Notes: generated from the letters alone by a model not told the origin. A DNA stretch of 64,000 nucleotides from Acidobacteriota bacterium (GCA_039028635.1 JBCCHV010000005.1:12118-76117), one strand, 5' to 3'. Counted from the stretch's first letter, positions 7,975 to 17,469 are shown. Numbers and translations are program-made.

Positions 7975-10900
7975 CTAATTTTCCAGGAACTTTATCTTTC
8001 TGACTTTCAAGCCTGGAAGGTCCAAGTTGATTGTGGAATGACCTGATGCAGACCTGGACTTAGCTCGATAGCTGACAGTTGCGCCCGGAGCCAGCTTCAC
8101 CGTAACTCGCCCTGGCCCCCGAGAGACGACAGAGCCACCTCTCGACAGTCGCCCGAACAACTTCTGTGCAGCCTTCTCACCACCCGGCAAAAATCTAATC
8201 TTCTTACTGGATCCGGCCACCCCAATGAGCCGCCCTGCCGGCCTTACGATCGCGGTAGCCCTGGAGATCGTTGCCTGCTCCGCCAAAGTAAACCCTGTAA
8301 CGAGCGCGCCAGCAGCCACCGCCGAGGGAGCCTCCACGGCAGCATCTCTAAAGAGCTGCAGCCTCTCGGACGGTAAGGCGCTGGAGTCGATGCCCTCGGC
8401 CTCGAGCTCTGCTGCCATGGAGCCGGGATCCGGTTGATCCGCTTCGTCCTCCGGATTTTCGTCGCCCTCGAGGTACTCGCCAAGGGCTGCCTGAAAGAAC
8501 AAGGCAATCTCATCGACTGCACGCTGGAAGGCATTTCGCCCCTGCTTCGAAGCCGGCAGCAGGCCATCGGGATCAACCCACTTGAGGGGGTTATTGAGAG
8601 CGTAGGTGTAGCGATTCAGGGACTGGGGGTTCTTGAGGCTCCCTCCCACGGGGTCGACACTGAGAAACCTGCCGTTGAGGGGTGAGCAGTACCTGGCGTG
8701 CATGTAGTCAAGGTCGTCATCTTGGCCAGGTGTTCCGTGATGATCGCGTTCGTGGCCGGTGAATTTGAGCCTCTCCTCGAGGTGGACGGTGCCGAGCTCT
8801 TCTCCGAAGGGAAAGAAGACCGAGAGACGCGGAATCTGTCCATTGGCATTGACCGAGAGCCGTGGCGTTCCGAGGTGGTCGAGAAGCTGGAGGCGGACTC
8901 CCTCCTGCGGCCGCCACGAGGCCAGCAGACTGCCTTCACGGTAAATGTAGTCCTCGTGGTGGGTCCAGGCCCCGCTGGAGCCGCCGACGTTGGTCCATGT
9001 GCGGAGTACCTGCCCATCGAGGTCGCGCACGGTCCAGGTTTCCTCGATCGGCTGAACGGCATTGCGGAAGGTACAGATGCGCTCGTCATCGGCGGTGTAC
9101 AGGTAGAGATCGTCCTGAGTGCCGTTGTTGCGGCGAGCGCGCTTCATCTTGGAGAGAGAGTCCCACTCGTAAGCGAAGCCCTGAGTGCCGACACCCCAGT
9201 TGAGCTGATTGCCCGCCGCGTCGTAGCCGGCCCCGGTCAAGCGATTGGTGACCTCACTGGCCACCGGGGTCCGAGTCGAGGTCGAGCCGCCCGAGGTGGT
9301 GGTGATCGATCCGAGATTGCCGAAACGGTCGTAACCGTAAGTCTGCCGATCGCCTCCCCCGAGCACCCCTTCCACCAAACGACTGACCGAGTCGTAGCGA
9401 TAGCGCTCGTCACCGAGGGCCTTGACATTGCCGGCACCGTCATACTGATAACTCAGCCCATCGGCGGAAGCTCCAGGTGCGAGCGCAAGCCCGGGATCGG
9501 CCAGACCGTTGAAACGTACGCCCACCGACCGCGGTCGCCGCATCCCCCAGGGATCGCGGGCCTGAAAATAGGTGATGCCGCCGCTATGGGCCACTTCCTG
9601 AAGCATGCCGTTGTCATGATACGAAACCGTCGCCTGCACGCCCGGGTAGCCGCCGACAGCGGTCAGGCTCCCCTGGACGTAGGTGGAGGTGGCGGCACGC
9701 ACGGAGTCGGAGCCGGCGCAGGGGAAAAAGGTGCAGCGGGGAAAGGTCACCTGACGCAAGTTGCCGAGATCGTCCCAGGTCCACCCTTGAGTGAAGGACT
9801 GCAGCGAAGACAGGGCCGTGCGCCGAGAGCTGACCCGCCCGCCGAGCCCACCATAGGCGTAGGTCTCGGTCACCGAGACGTCGATCTCGGGACCATTCGG
9901 GTTCCAGGGAGGCACGAACCAGTTGTGACGGGTGGCCGTCTTGGTCTTGCCCTTCGAACGGTCTAGCGAGTTGGTGCCGATTCCATAGGTGAATGTCTTG
10001 AGGAATCGCCGTAGTCCGGCGCTCTCTCGAATCGACAGCAGACGCTCGGCGCGGTCGAAGTCGAACTCGAGATCGAAGGCACCGGCCGCCGCCCCCACCC
10101 ACTGCCGGTGGGCATGGCCGCGCGCATCGTACTCCCGGTAGAAAAGCGTGCCGTTGCCGGAAAAGCCCAGCTCGGGATGGGTTTCCGAAAGGAGAAATCC
10201 TCGACCGTCATACTGAAAGCGGCGCACCTGGTGACCACCGGTGCGGGGCGTCCGCGCTTCGATCAGGCGATCGGCGGCATCGTAGAAGTAGCTCGTCGTG
10301 ACCTCCGCCCCAGCGTTCCCGGAGGGCTCTTCCACCGCCGTCAAACGCCCATACCGGTCGTAGGTCTCGGTGGTGGTCGAAGGCGTCTCGGCGCCATTCG
10401 TCCCGGTGGCTACCTCGACCGTACGGGCCAAGGTTCGGATGCCCTGATAGGTGAACCGAATCGGATTGCCGTCCGGCAAGGTGAGGGTCCGCGGCCTGCC
10501 GAAGGGGTCATAGCCGGAGTACACGGTTCGAGGATAGGACGATCCGTGGTCACTGGTTCGGCGGGAGGACTGGGACCGCTTCCAACCGTTCGGGTAGTAG
10601 GCCGTCTCGACCTCGCTCCAAACACCATCGGGCAGAAGCTCGCGGTCCTGCCAGACGCGTCCCCAGGGATCGAAAAAGGTATGGCGCTGGGCCAGGGTGG
10701 CACCGCTCGTCTGCCCATTGGGCCGATGGATCACCTTCACCTGGCCAGCCCGGCTCGGCAGGGATCGCAGATAGTCGATCTCGATCCAGGCTCCCTGACC
10801 CGCCGTCGGCTGAATCGCCGTCAGCCGACCGAGAGCGTCATAGGAGTAGTCGGTTCGGACGCCTGCCGGATCCTTGGAATGCCGCACCAATCCGGTGGAG

Positions 10901-13002
10901 GCATCGATTCCCTGATCCAGCGTGAAGAAGTGCTCCGCCCCTGTCAGCGCACTGCCATTGCCCTTCCGATACTCGCTGCGTGAGCGCTGCCCGTGTTGAT
11001 ATTGATGCTTGATCCAGTAGACCGCTGCGGCCGGCACGCCGAGGCCACACACCGGATTGAAGACTCCCACCGATTGCAGATCGCCGCCGTAGAAGCGCTC
11101 CGCCGTCACCTTGCCGAAACTGTCTTTGTTGCGCACCACCACCACATCGTCAGTGCCACGAGTCGTTCCTGCGAGTTGGCGAGAGCGACGCAAGAAGCCC
11201 GTGCCGGCATCGAAGCAGTATTCGGCCTTGACCTCGGAAGCACCCTGCCTCACCGAGGTGTCCGTGAAGGTACCCAAAACCCAAGGGGAAGTGGTCGGCC
11301 AAGGGCTATAGCTGTGGCCTGGTAGGGGGTTGTTGCTGAAGGCGTCGTAGCTGTAAGTGCCGCGGCTCGGGTTGTAGGCCGAGGTCACCGTACGGGCCGG
11401 CCCCAGGGAGGACGAACCACCGGTGGTCACCACCCGGTAGTGGCCGAGGCCATCGAAATCGGAGGACGCGACGTCGGTGGTGCGATTGCCATCGGCCTCG
11501 TAGACCGTGCGTTGCCTTTCGAGACGGCGGTTGGAGTCGTACCAATCGCTGGTGTAGCGCACGTTGCCGAAGGGTTTGAGCTTGTCGCGGCCGTAGTTCA
11601 CGTAAATCGAGCGCCGCAGAGTGCCGCTACCGGCCCGGCCATCCCAGATCTCTTGCGACAGGAACCGGCCACCGTGAGACCTACCTCGCCGGTAGGGCAG
11701 GCCATACTCCCAGGCAGTCGGATCATTCGGAAACATAGGCTTCTCGGTGAAGTGGTGCACCGTGTCGTCTCCGGCCGGCGAGGTCACCGTGATCTGACGC
11801 CCGAAGTCGCCGTTGAGCTGGTTGCGGCTCTGGCGATAGGTCCAGGTGCAATCCTGAGTGCCGAGGTCGAAATCGAAACACTGTCCGTTGCTGTCGAGAA
11901 CCCGCTTGGTCTCGACCGCCAAGGTTTCTTGGTCGGCCAGACTTTCCGGCACGTGTGGGGCTCTCGAGAGCAAGGTGAAGTTCTGATAGGTCCACTCGAT
12001 CAGACCACGAGTCGGGGCCCGCAACTGCCGGATCGCCCCCGGCAAAGAAGCGATGGTCGTCCCGAGCTGATTGCAGGAGCTGTAATAACTCGGCATCTCC
12101 CAGGAGGAGCCGTCCGGGAGATCGATGCGGGTCAACAGGTCGACCATCGCGTTCGGCCCCGTCGGGTCGCTGTGACCGTCGGGATAGGGAATCTGATCGT
12201 CCTCGCAATGGCGCTCGATGGCCGTCTCCTGATAATGGAAGTTGTAAATCGCCCGAGAGCCACCAAAGGCCTGCAAGTTGACCGACTTCACCCGCCATTG
12301 CTGGGTCATCGGCGAACGCTCGAAGTCGACCGTATGCTCCCGGCCCAGCCGATCTTCCAGCTCCCAGTCTGAGCCTGCCAGGTCGACCTTCACCCAGTTG
12401 CCTTGGCGATCTTCCATCCGCGTCAGCCGCCAGCGGCCGTTGGCCTCGTGCTCGAAAGTTCGGATCGTGCCATCGGGAAACTCGACCCGACGGGTCACCC
12501 CTTGGGCACTCAGCCGAAGGTAGGAGTTGTCGCGGCTGTAGAGAAAACCGGTGCCGATAGTCTCCCCGACGTGAAGCGACTGGTAGAAAGCGCTCTCCGA
12601 GCCGTCCGCTCCGACAAAGCGCCAGGGGCCCGGGGCATAGGTGTAGTTGGGCGACAGCAAGGCCCCACCGAGCGACAGGGTCCAGCCCAGACCGGCATTG
12701 CTTTGCCGATTCGGATAGACCTCTGTCAATTCAAAGTCGCCGATTCGGCGGGTCTCCAGATCCCACACCTTGGCGTTGTAGGACAGCGTCAGGCCATAGG
12801 AGAAGCCGCCCGCCACCGGCGTTTCTGAGCCGATCGGCAAGGCCAGAATCAAGTTGCCGTTGAACAACGCCACGGAGTCGATGCCGGAGTAGTCGTAGAC
12901 CTTCTCCGCCGAAAAGCCTCGAGCCTCGATCGGATCCTGCTGGGCAAAGGCCAGCAGCGGGACCCACAATACGGCGAGGAGAACCAGCCACCGAAGCTTC
13001 AT
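7975..13002 (-). CDS. Rhs/YD-repeat polymorphic toxin with N-terminal Sec signal peptide (WapA-like) and a variable C-terminal toxin module
   Basis: 1675 aa. Signal peptide MKLRWLVLLAVLWVPLLAFAQQ. Many YD repeats (YDALGRLTAI, YDRYGRLTAV, YDAADRLIEA). Rhs core end ...PxxxxDPDGL (WVDPDGLLPAS) at about 8552-8596. About 190 aa of C-terminal domain in lower-GC DNA. Confidence 0.9.
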   Translation of the reverse strand: MKLRWLVLLAVLWVPLLAFAQQDPIEARGFSAEKVYDYSGIDSVALFNGNLILALPIGSETPVAGGFSYGLTLSYNAKVWDLETRRIGDFELTEVYPNRQSNAGLGWTLSLGGALLSPNYTYAPGPWRFVGADGSESAFYQSLHVGETIGTGFLYSRDNSYLRLSAQGVTRRVEFPDGTIRTFEHEANGRWRLTRMEDRQGNWVKVDLAGSDWELEDRLGREHTVDFERSPMTQQWRVKSVNLQAFGGSRAIYNFHYQETAIERHCEDDQIPYPDGHSDPTGPNAMVDLLTRIDLPDGSSWEMPSYYSSCNQLGTTIASLPGAIRQLRAPTRGLIEWTYQNFTLLSRAPHVPESLADQETLAVETKRVLDSNGQCFDFDLGTQDCTWTYRQSRNQLNGDFGRQITVTSPAGDDTVHHFTEKPMFPNDPTAWEYGLPYRRGRSHGGRFLSQEIWDGRAGSGTLRRSIYVNYGRDKLKPFGNVRYTSDWYDSNRRLERQRTVYEADGNRTTDVASSDFDGLGHYRVVTTGGSSSLGPARTVTSAYNPSRGTYSYDAFSNNPLPGHSYSPWPTTSPWVLGTFTDTSVRQGASEVKAEYCFDAGTGFLRRSRQLAGTTRGTDDVVVVRNKDSFGKVTAERFYGGDLQSVGVFNPVCGLGVPAAAVYWIKHQYQHGQRSRSEYRKGNGSALTGAEHFFTLDQGIDASTGLVRHSKDPAGVRTDYSYDALGRLTAIQPTAGQGAWIEIDYLRSLPSRAGQVKVIHRPNGQTSGATLAQRHTFFDPWGRVWQDRELLPDGVWSEVETAYYPNGWKRSQSSRRTSDHGSSYPRTVYSGYDPFGRPRTLTLPDGNPIRFTYQGIRTLARTVEVATGTNGAETPSTTTETYDRYGRLTAVEEPSGNAGAEVTTSYFYDAADRLIEARTPRTGGHQVRRFQYDGRGFLLSETHPELGFSGNGTLFYREYDARGHAHRQWVGAAAGAFDLEFDFDRAERLLSIRESAGLRRFLKTFTYGIGTNSLDRSKGKTKTATRHNWFVPPWNPNGPEIDVSVTETYAYGGLGGRVSSRRTALSSLQSFTQGWTWDDLGNLRQVTFPRCTFFPCAGSDSVRAATSTYVQGSLTAVGGYPGVQATVSYHDNGMLQEVAHSGGITYFQARDPWGMRRPRSVGVRFNGLADPGLALAPGASADGLSYQYDGAGNVKALGDERYRYDSVSRLVEGVLGGGDRQTYGYDRFGNLGSITTTSGGSTSTRTPVASEVTNRLTGAGYDAAGNQLNWGVGTQGFAYEWDSLSKMKRARRNNGTQDDLYLYTADDERICTFRNAVQPIEETWTVRDLDGQVLRTWTNVGGSSGAWTHHEDYIYREGSLLASWRPQEGVRLQLLDHLGTPRLSVNANGQIPRLSVFFPFGEELGTVHLEERLKFTGHERDHHGTPGQDDDLDYMHARYCSPLNGRFLSVDPVGGSLKNPQSLNRYTYALNNPLKWVDPDGLLPASKQGRNAFQRAVDEIALFFQAALGEYLEGDENPEDEADQPDPGSMAAELEAEGIDSSALPSERLQLFRDAAVEAPSAVAAGALVTGFTLAEQATISRATAIVRPAGRLIGVAGSSKKIRFLPGGEKAAQKLFGRLSRGGSVVSRGPGRVTVKLAPGATVSYRAKSRSASGHSTINLDLPGLKVRKIKFLEN

Positions 13003-13646
13003 CGCTCACCTCCCGCCGCCACCGTCTGAGGCACGGTCGTCGCCGTGATCGCGAGCGACTCCGAGTCGACCACGAACACGACGTCACCGCCTGCGAATCC
13101 GAGGCCGCGCTCCTGCGCACCGAGGAGACGATGCAGGCGCGAGGGCTCGATCTGGACCCGAGCGTTGGCCTTGCCATCGCCGTCCGCCGACCCGCCGTCA
13201 CCGACCGTCCCCACCGAAACCCGCGCCTTGTCCCCGGGGCGAATCCACATCACCTCCAGCGTGCGGCGAGCGAGCACCAGCTCCGAGCCATCGCCGGCAA
13301 ACGCCGACAACGGAACCGTCAAGGGGTCCAGATCCGGCAACTCTCGAATCACCCACGCACCCGACGAGAGATCCGCCGAAGCCCAGACCGAAAGTTCCGG
13401 AAGGTCCTCCACGCTATCCAGCGAGACTTCGCCGTCCTGGTCATCGTCCCGCAGCGTCAATGACCAGCTCTCGAGTCGAGGACGGTAACCCTGCCGAGAC
13501 CGGCCCACCCCCAGCAGTGCCACCTCGCCACCAGGAGACACACCTGAAATCGAAACCGTCCGGTCGCTTACATCAACCTCCAAACCTGCTAGCGATCCGC
13601 CTACCGACAAAAATCCCAACACCGCCAACATCAACGCTCGATGCAT
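12999..13646 (-). CDS. Secreted hypothetical protein, immediately upstream of and overlapping the Rhs gene
   Basis: Signal peptide MHRALMLAVLGFLSVGGSLAG. GGGAGG RBS. Its stop overlaps the Rhs start (4-nt overlap). Confidence 0.55.
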   Translation of the reverse strand: MHRALMLAVLGFLSVGGSLAGLEVDVSDRTVSISGVSPGGEVALLGVGRSRQGYRPRLESWSLTLRDDDQDGEVSLDSVEDLPELSVWASADLSSGAWVIRELPDLDPLTVPLSAFAGDGSELVLARRTLEVMWIRPGDKARVSVGTVGDGGSADGDGKANARVQIEPSRLHRLLGAQERGLGFAGGDVVFVVDSESLAITATTVPQTVAAGGER

Positions 13647-13702
13647 CACGTCCAACCTCCCAAGAAATGCCCTCGTCCTTCCAGGACAACGTAAAACTGG
13701 AT

Positions 13703-14200
13703 TCAGTTCCTTGCCAAAGCGCTACAGCAAGCCACGTGCCATGGGGGACTTCGCCGTTTTACAGGCGTTTTCGGCGATCGGGCCCGAAAAAGATGTCCGG
13801 AAGATGTCCGGACGGACGTCTTCCGGACGTCCTTTTCTGCCTTTCCGGAGCTGAATTCGAGGTCGGCGAGGGTCTCGAGGCAGGTGGCCAAGCGGTCGAG
13901 GGAGTCGGCCGCCTGGAGGGCGTAGGTCGCCCGGGTGATGTCGCAGGCATCGGCCGGCCGGAGCTGGCGCAGCGTCGCCTCCAGACGGCGCAAGTCTCGG
14001 GCGACGGCCGCGATGGTCGAGGTCGTCGAGCGGTCGGCACCCTCGGGCACCACTCCCTTGGGCACCGGCCGCCCATCGACGACAACCTGCTGGAGTCGCT
14101 GACTGAGCCAGCGCTCGGATCGCTCCTCGTCCTTCTCCAGCGAGGTCAACGCGGCTTCGCGGAGGACCGATGCTCGCCGCGCCTCGTCGTCCCGATTCAT
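13703..14200 (-). CDS. Hypothetical protein (gene B of a two-gene operon), charged, probably coiled-coil
   Basis: MNRDDEARRASVLREAALTSLEKDEERSERW.... Its ATG overlaps the TGA of gene A (ATGA). Confidence 0.45.
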   Translation of the reverse strand: MNRDDEARRASVLREAALTSLEKDEERSERWLSQRLQQVVVDGRPVPKGVVPEGADRSTTSTIAAVARDLRRLEATLRQLRPADACDITRATYALQAADSLDRLATCLETLADLEFSSGKAEKDVRKTSVRTSSGHLFRARSPKTPVKRRSPPWHVACCSALARN

Positions 14201-14724
14201 GAAGCGTTGGCCTGCTTCGGGTGATCCGGGCACTGCTCCGAAAGGCGACGAGCGAGGACGAGGTCGACCTCGGTGATGGCACCGGAGGCCGGCGTGGTGA
14301 GGATCACCCAGGCGGTGTTGAGCACCACCGCCAGGGCCGGCAAGGCACCGGCCGCTTGAATGATCCCGCTGACGAAGGCCGCGAAGCTCAGCGCCGCGGC
14401 AGAGCTCTGGAGCACGAAGGGACGCACCAGACAGCGGTTGTCCTGGGACAGCCGCCAGCCCTCGTAGTCGCTTCGGCGGTCGTAGAGCTTCACGCTGCTG
14501 AGACGAGGCAGCGCGACGGACAGCTCCGGAGCCGCCGTGTCGCCAGTGCCGAGGAGCGCCTCCCGCCCGCGAGTCAAGGTGCTCTGAATGCGCTCGGGCT
14601 TGAGATGACCCGGCAAATCTCCCGGCACCGGGAACGCCGACAAACCGCTTTCCCACAGGAGTTGGTAGTAGGCCACTGGATCCAGCTCGTCCGGCTGCGA
14701 AACGGTGGTTGGAGAAGAGCTCAT
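14197..14724 (-). CDS. Hypothetical membrane-associated protein (gene A), with a C-terminal hydrophobic hairpin
   Basis: MSSSPTTVSQPDELDP...AALSFAAFVSGIIQAAGALPALAVVLNTAWVILTT.... GGGAGG RBS 5 nt before the ATG. Confidence 0.5.
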   Translation of the reverse strand: MSSSPTTVSQPDELDPVAYYQLLWESGLSAFPVPGDLPGHLKPERIQSTLTRGREALLGTGDTAAPELSVALPRLSSVKLYDRRSDYEGWRLSQDNRCLVRPFVLQSSAAALSFAAFVSGIIQAAGALPALAVVLNTAWVILTTPASGAITEVDLVLARRLSEQCPDHPKQANAS

Positions 14725-14861
14725 GGCAACCTCCCAGTCGAGTGAAGTTCGGGACGGGCAGAACCCCGCACAGCGCATCTGAGGAACATGCCCGCCTTCG
14801 CGATTACGGACATACTGTATATTAAAAGAAGTCTTTCGTCAAGTCTTTTGAAGTCAAAATA

Positions 14862-14873
14862 GATCTATAGATC
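14862..14873. promoter_or_regulatory. Perfect 12-bp palindrome GATCTATAGATC in the AT-rich divergent promoter region, flanked by repeated TGAAGTC / AAGTCTTT motifs
   Basis: Read directly in sequence 14821-14890, between divergent gene A (minus strand) and the XRE HTH gene (plus strand). Confidence 0.35.
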
Positions 14874-14959
14874 CGATCTGAAGTCGCTGACGATCGCTTC
14901 TTTCGACCTTCTCCACTGCTATCAACCTCTCTTGCGCACTTTCTGAGAGATCGTGTAGG

Positions 14960-15406
14960 ATGTTTCCAGATATGAGACACACGGCGGACCCCCTCGGCAT
15001 TGCCCTGCGCTCGCTGCGCGAGCAGGCGGGACTGCAGCAGGGCGAGCTCGGCCTCAAGGCCGCGGTGACACAGTCGAACGTCAGTGCGTACGAGTTGGGC
15101 AAACGGGCCCCACAATGGCCAACCCTGCTGCGCCTGCTCGACGCCATGGGCGCCGATCTGCTCGACCTGAGCGTGCGCATGGGAGAGCCGGGTCGGTTGG
15201 AGTCGACCCACGAGGCGCTGCGTCGACTCCTCGGCAACGGGGTCTTCGAGCAGCCCGCGGAGGGCGAGCCGGCAGCGACGACGGAGCATCCGCTAGACTT
15301 CTTAGTTGATGCAGTCATCGATCGACTGACGGAACGCACCGCCCTACGGCGCCTGGTCAAGGCCGAGGCCGTGAAGAGCCCGGTGGTGGAGAGGGAAGAG
15401 CGTTGA
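14960..15406 (+). CDS. XRE-family helix-turn-helix transcriptional regulator
   Basis: Cro/C1-type HTH: LGLKAAVTQSNVSAYELGKRAPQWPTLLRLLDAMG. Confidence 0.8.
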   Translation: MFPDMRHTADPLGIALRSLREQAGLQQGELGLKAAVTQSNVSAYELGKRAPQWPTLLRLLDAMGADLLDLSVRMGEPGRLESTHEALRRLLGNGVFEQPAEGEPAATTEHPLDFLVDAVIDRLTERTALRRLVKAEAVKSPVVEREER

Positions 15407-16473
15407 GCGAGCAGGTTTTCAATCGACTGGACAGCGAAGAGCTCGCCGCCCACGAGCAGGCGGCGCGCCTCGCCGGCCTCGAGGGCGAGGCGAGAGTGGA
15501 TGCCGCCCGCACGCAGGCCGGCTGCCAACGGCGTTCCTTCGTCCAGCTCGCGATGAGCTTTTGCCGCCAGGGCGACGAGCCCCTGCTGTGGGGCCGAGTC
15601 GCCATCGCCGCCGCCGAAGCCAGCCCGCCACCCTCGGGCCCGGAGCTCCTACCGCTCGCCTGGGCGACGCTCGGCAACGCGCACCGCATCGCCGGCGACC
15701 TGCGAGCCGCCGGACGCTGCTTCTTCATCGCCCGGGATTTGCTCGAGGACGTGGCGGATCCGCTGGACCTGGCGCGGATTTACTCGCTCGAGGCGTCATG
15801 GGTTCGCGAAACCCGCGACTTTGGATCCGCGATATCGCTGGTTGAGAAAGCGATGAAGGCAGTCGAAGGTGTCGCGAACGAGAAATTTCTCGCTCGGCTC
15901 GAGGTTCAGGCTGGTCTGGTCATGGTGGACCTGGGAGATCACGGCTCAGCGACTGAGTCGCTTGCCGCGGGCCTTCTCAAGCTTGATCACCAAGGAAGCC
16001 CGAGCCTTCGGTTGATCGCTGCACACAATCTTGCATTCTGCGCCTTTAAGCAAGGTCGCTTCGACGCCGCAATGCGTTTGGTTCATTCATTGCGTCGAGA
16101 CTACTGCGACTATGGAAATCCGAAGCTTCTACTGCTTCGAGACTGGCTTGTGGCGCGTATTACGGCTGGTAGAGGCCATCTAGAAGAGGCAGCGACTCTT
16201 CTGCGCTCAATCTGCAGTGAATGCCAAGAGCAAGGATTCCCGTACCTCGCAGGACTCATAGAACTCGACCGAGCCGGAGTACTAATCGACCTTAGCCAGC
16301 TTGATCGAGCTCTTGAGTCCGCCGCGACTGCGAGCTATGTCTTAGATGCAGCAGGGGCCTCGCAGAAGGCTCTCGCAGCGATCATCTTGCTTCAGAAGGG
16401 AATCATCAAGAAATCGGCACCCGAGCGACTCAAGGAGCTCGTGATCATTGCAAAGCGACATCTGGAGTCCTAG
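15403..16473 (+). CDS. TPR-like repeat protein, coupled to the upstream HTH gene; possible RNPP-like sensor half
   Basis: Alpha-helical repeat composition. TTG start overlaps the HTH stop. The 3' two-thirds (about 15750-16473) is clearly lower in GC than the 5' part. Confidence 0.55.
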   Translation: MSEQVFNRLDSEELAAHEQAARLAGLEGEARVDAARTQAGCQRRSFVQLAMSFCRQGDEPLLWGRVAIAAAEASPPPSGPELLPLAWATLGNAHRIAGDLRAAGRCFFIARDLLEDVADPLDLARIYSLEASWVRETRDFGSAISLVEKAMKAVEGVANEKFLARLEVQAGLVMVDLGDHGSATESLAAGLLKLDHQGSPSLRLIAAHNLAFCAFKQGRFDAAMRLVHSLRRDYCDYGNPKLLLLRDWLVARITAGRGHLEEAATLLRSICSECQEQGFPYLAGLIELDRAGVLIDLSQLDRALESAATASYVLDAAGASQKALAAIILLQKGIIKKSAPERLKELVIIAKRHLES

Positions 16474-16791
16474 CCGTTGGGATCAGCCCCCGGATTCGTC
16501 TCATTGTCCCCACTGCCATTCGCCGAAGCCGTGTCTCCCCCTATCCCCAAGAGCTCGAGGATCCATTCCCACATAGAACGCCTCCTTTAGCCGTGGGCAC
16601 GGCAGCGGCCTCCATGGCCCGCCGGGCCACAGTCCGTTCAATTCTCTCACCTCGCCTCTGCTCGGCGAAGGGGCCAGGGAATCTACGCACGTAATTACGC
16701 GAAGTCGGACCGAGAGGCCGGGCTCGGAATACCATTCGCCCAGGCCGCCTTGAAGGAGACGAGGCTCTCCTCCATGACTGAGCCCGGACCG

Positions 16792-17469
16792 ATGATGCGA
16801 CGCCTCTTCCTGCCCTTCCTGCTCCTCATGGCGATTCCCCTGCCCAGCAGCGCCCAACCGGCGACGGAGGAGTTTCGCTATCGCTGGCACCTGGGGAGCC
16901 TGGTGGGCCGGGTGGCGGGGCTGTTTCTGCCCAACAAGGGCGACGGCGTGATGCGCTTTTCCGAGCAGCCCGATGGCACCCTCCACAGTGAGCTGCTGGT
17001 GACCTCGGAAAAATCCGACGATGGTGAGTTCTGGCGCTATGGCTCGACCATCGACCGCGATTCGCGGCAGGCCCTGAGCGCCTGGTCGGCCTACCGCTGG
17101 CGCGGCAAAGAGAAGGAAAAGCGCGACGACATCGCCGAGCCCGGCGTGCTCGACATCGTCTCCGGCATCTGGGCACTGCGACAGGACACGCCGGAGCGTC
17201 CCCGGCAGCTCACCATCTGGTCCGACGGCAAGGTCTACCCGGTGGTGGTGATTCCGCGCGGCCGCGAGAAGCGCCGTTTCGGCGAGCGCGAAGTGAGCAC
17301 GCGCCACTGGACCATTCGCGGCATCGACGCCCCCGAAGGGCGCCGCTGGAAGGGCCGCCTGGAGCTCTGGCTGAGCGACGACGAGGCCGCCCTGCCGGTG
17401 GAAATCCGCATCTCCCGCAGCCTGGCGGACCTACGCCTCGAGCTACAGCCGCCTGCCGAATCCCAGTAA
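16792..17469 (+). CDS. DUF3108-family exported protein
   Basis: Signal peptide MMRRLFLPFLLLMAIPLPSSA. Family assignment is by resemblance only. Confidence 0.5.
   Translation: MMRRLFLPFLLLMAIPLPSSAQPATEEFRYRWHLGSLVGRVAGLFLPNKGDGVMRFSEQPDGTLHSELLVTSEKSDDGEFWRYGSTIDRDSRQALSAWSAYRWRGKEKEKRDDIAEPGVLDIVSGIWALRQDTPERPRQLTIWSDGKVYPVVVIPRGREKRRFGEREVSTRHWTIRGIDAPEGRRWKGRLELWLSDDEAALPVEIRISRSLADLRLELQPPAESQ

Noticed and set aside
8698-12372. Long plus-strand ORFs (8698-9966, 10108-10983, 11440-12372) opposite the Rhs gene
   Set aside because: Antisense frames of a high-GC gene. The translations are low-complexity, with no domain signatures. The minus-strand Rhs ORF is continuous and homologous to Rhs.

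The same holds for the other long antisense ORFs: 17681-19120, 35220-36836, 38999-40702, 42311-43933, 44054-45790 and 56150-58297.
7975-13002. T6SS-delivered Rhs effector
   Set aside because: No PAAR, VgrG, Hcp or other T6SS genes in the window. The protein has an N-terminal Sec signal peptide instead.
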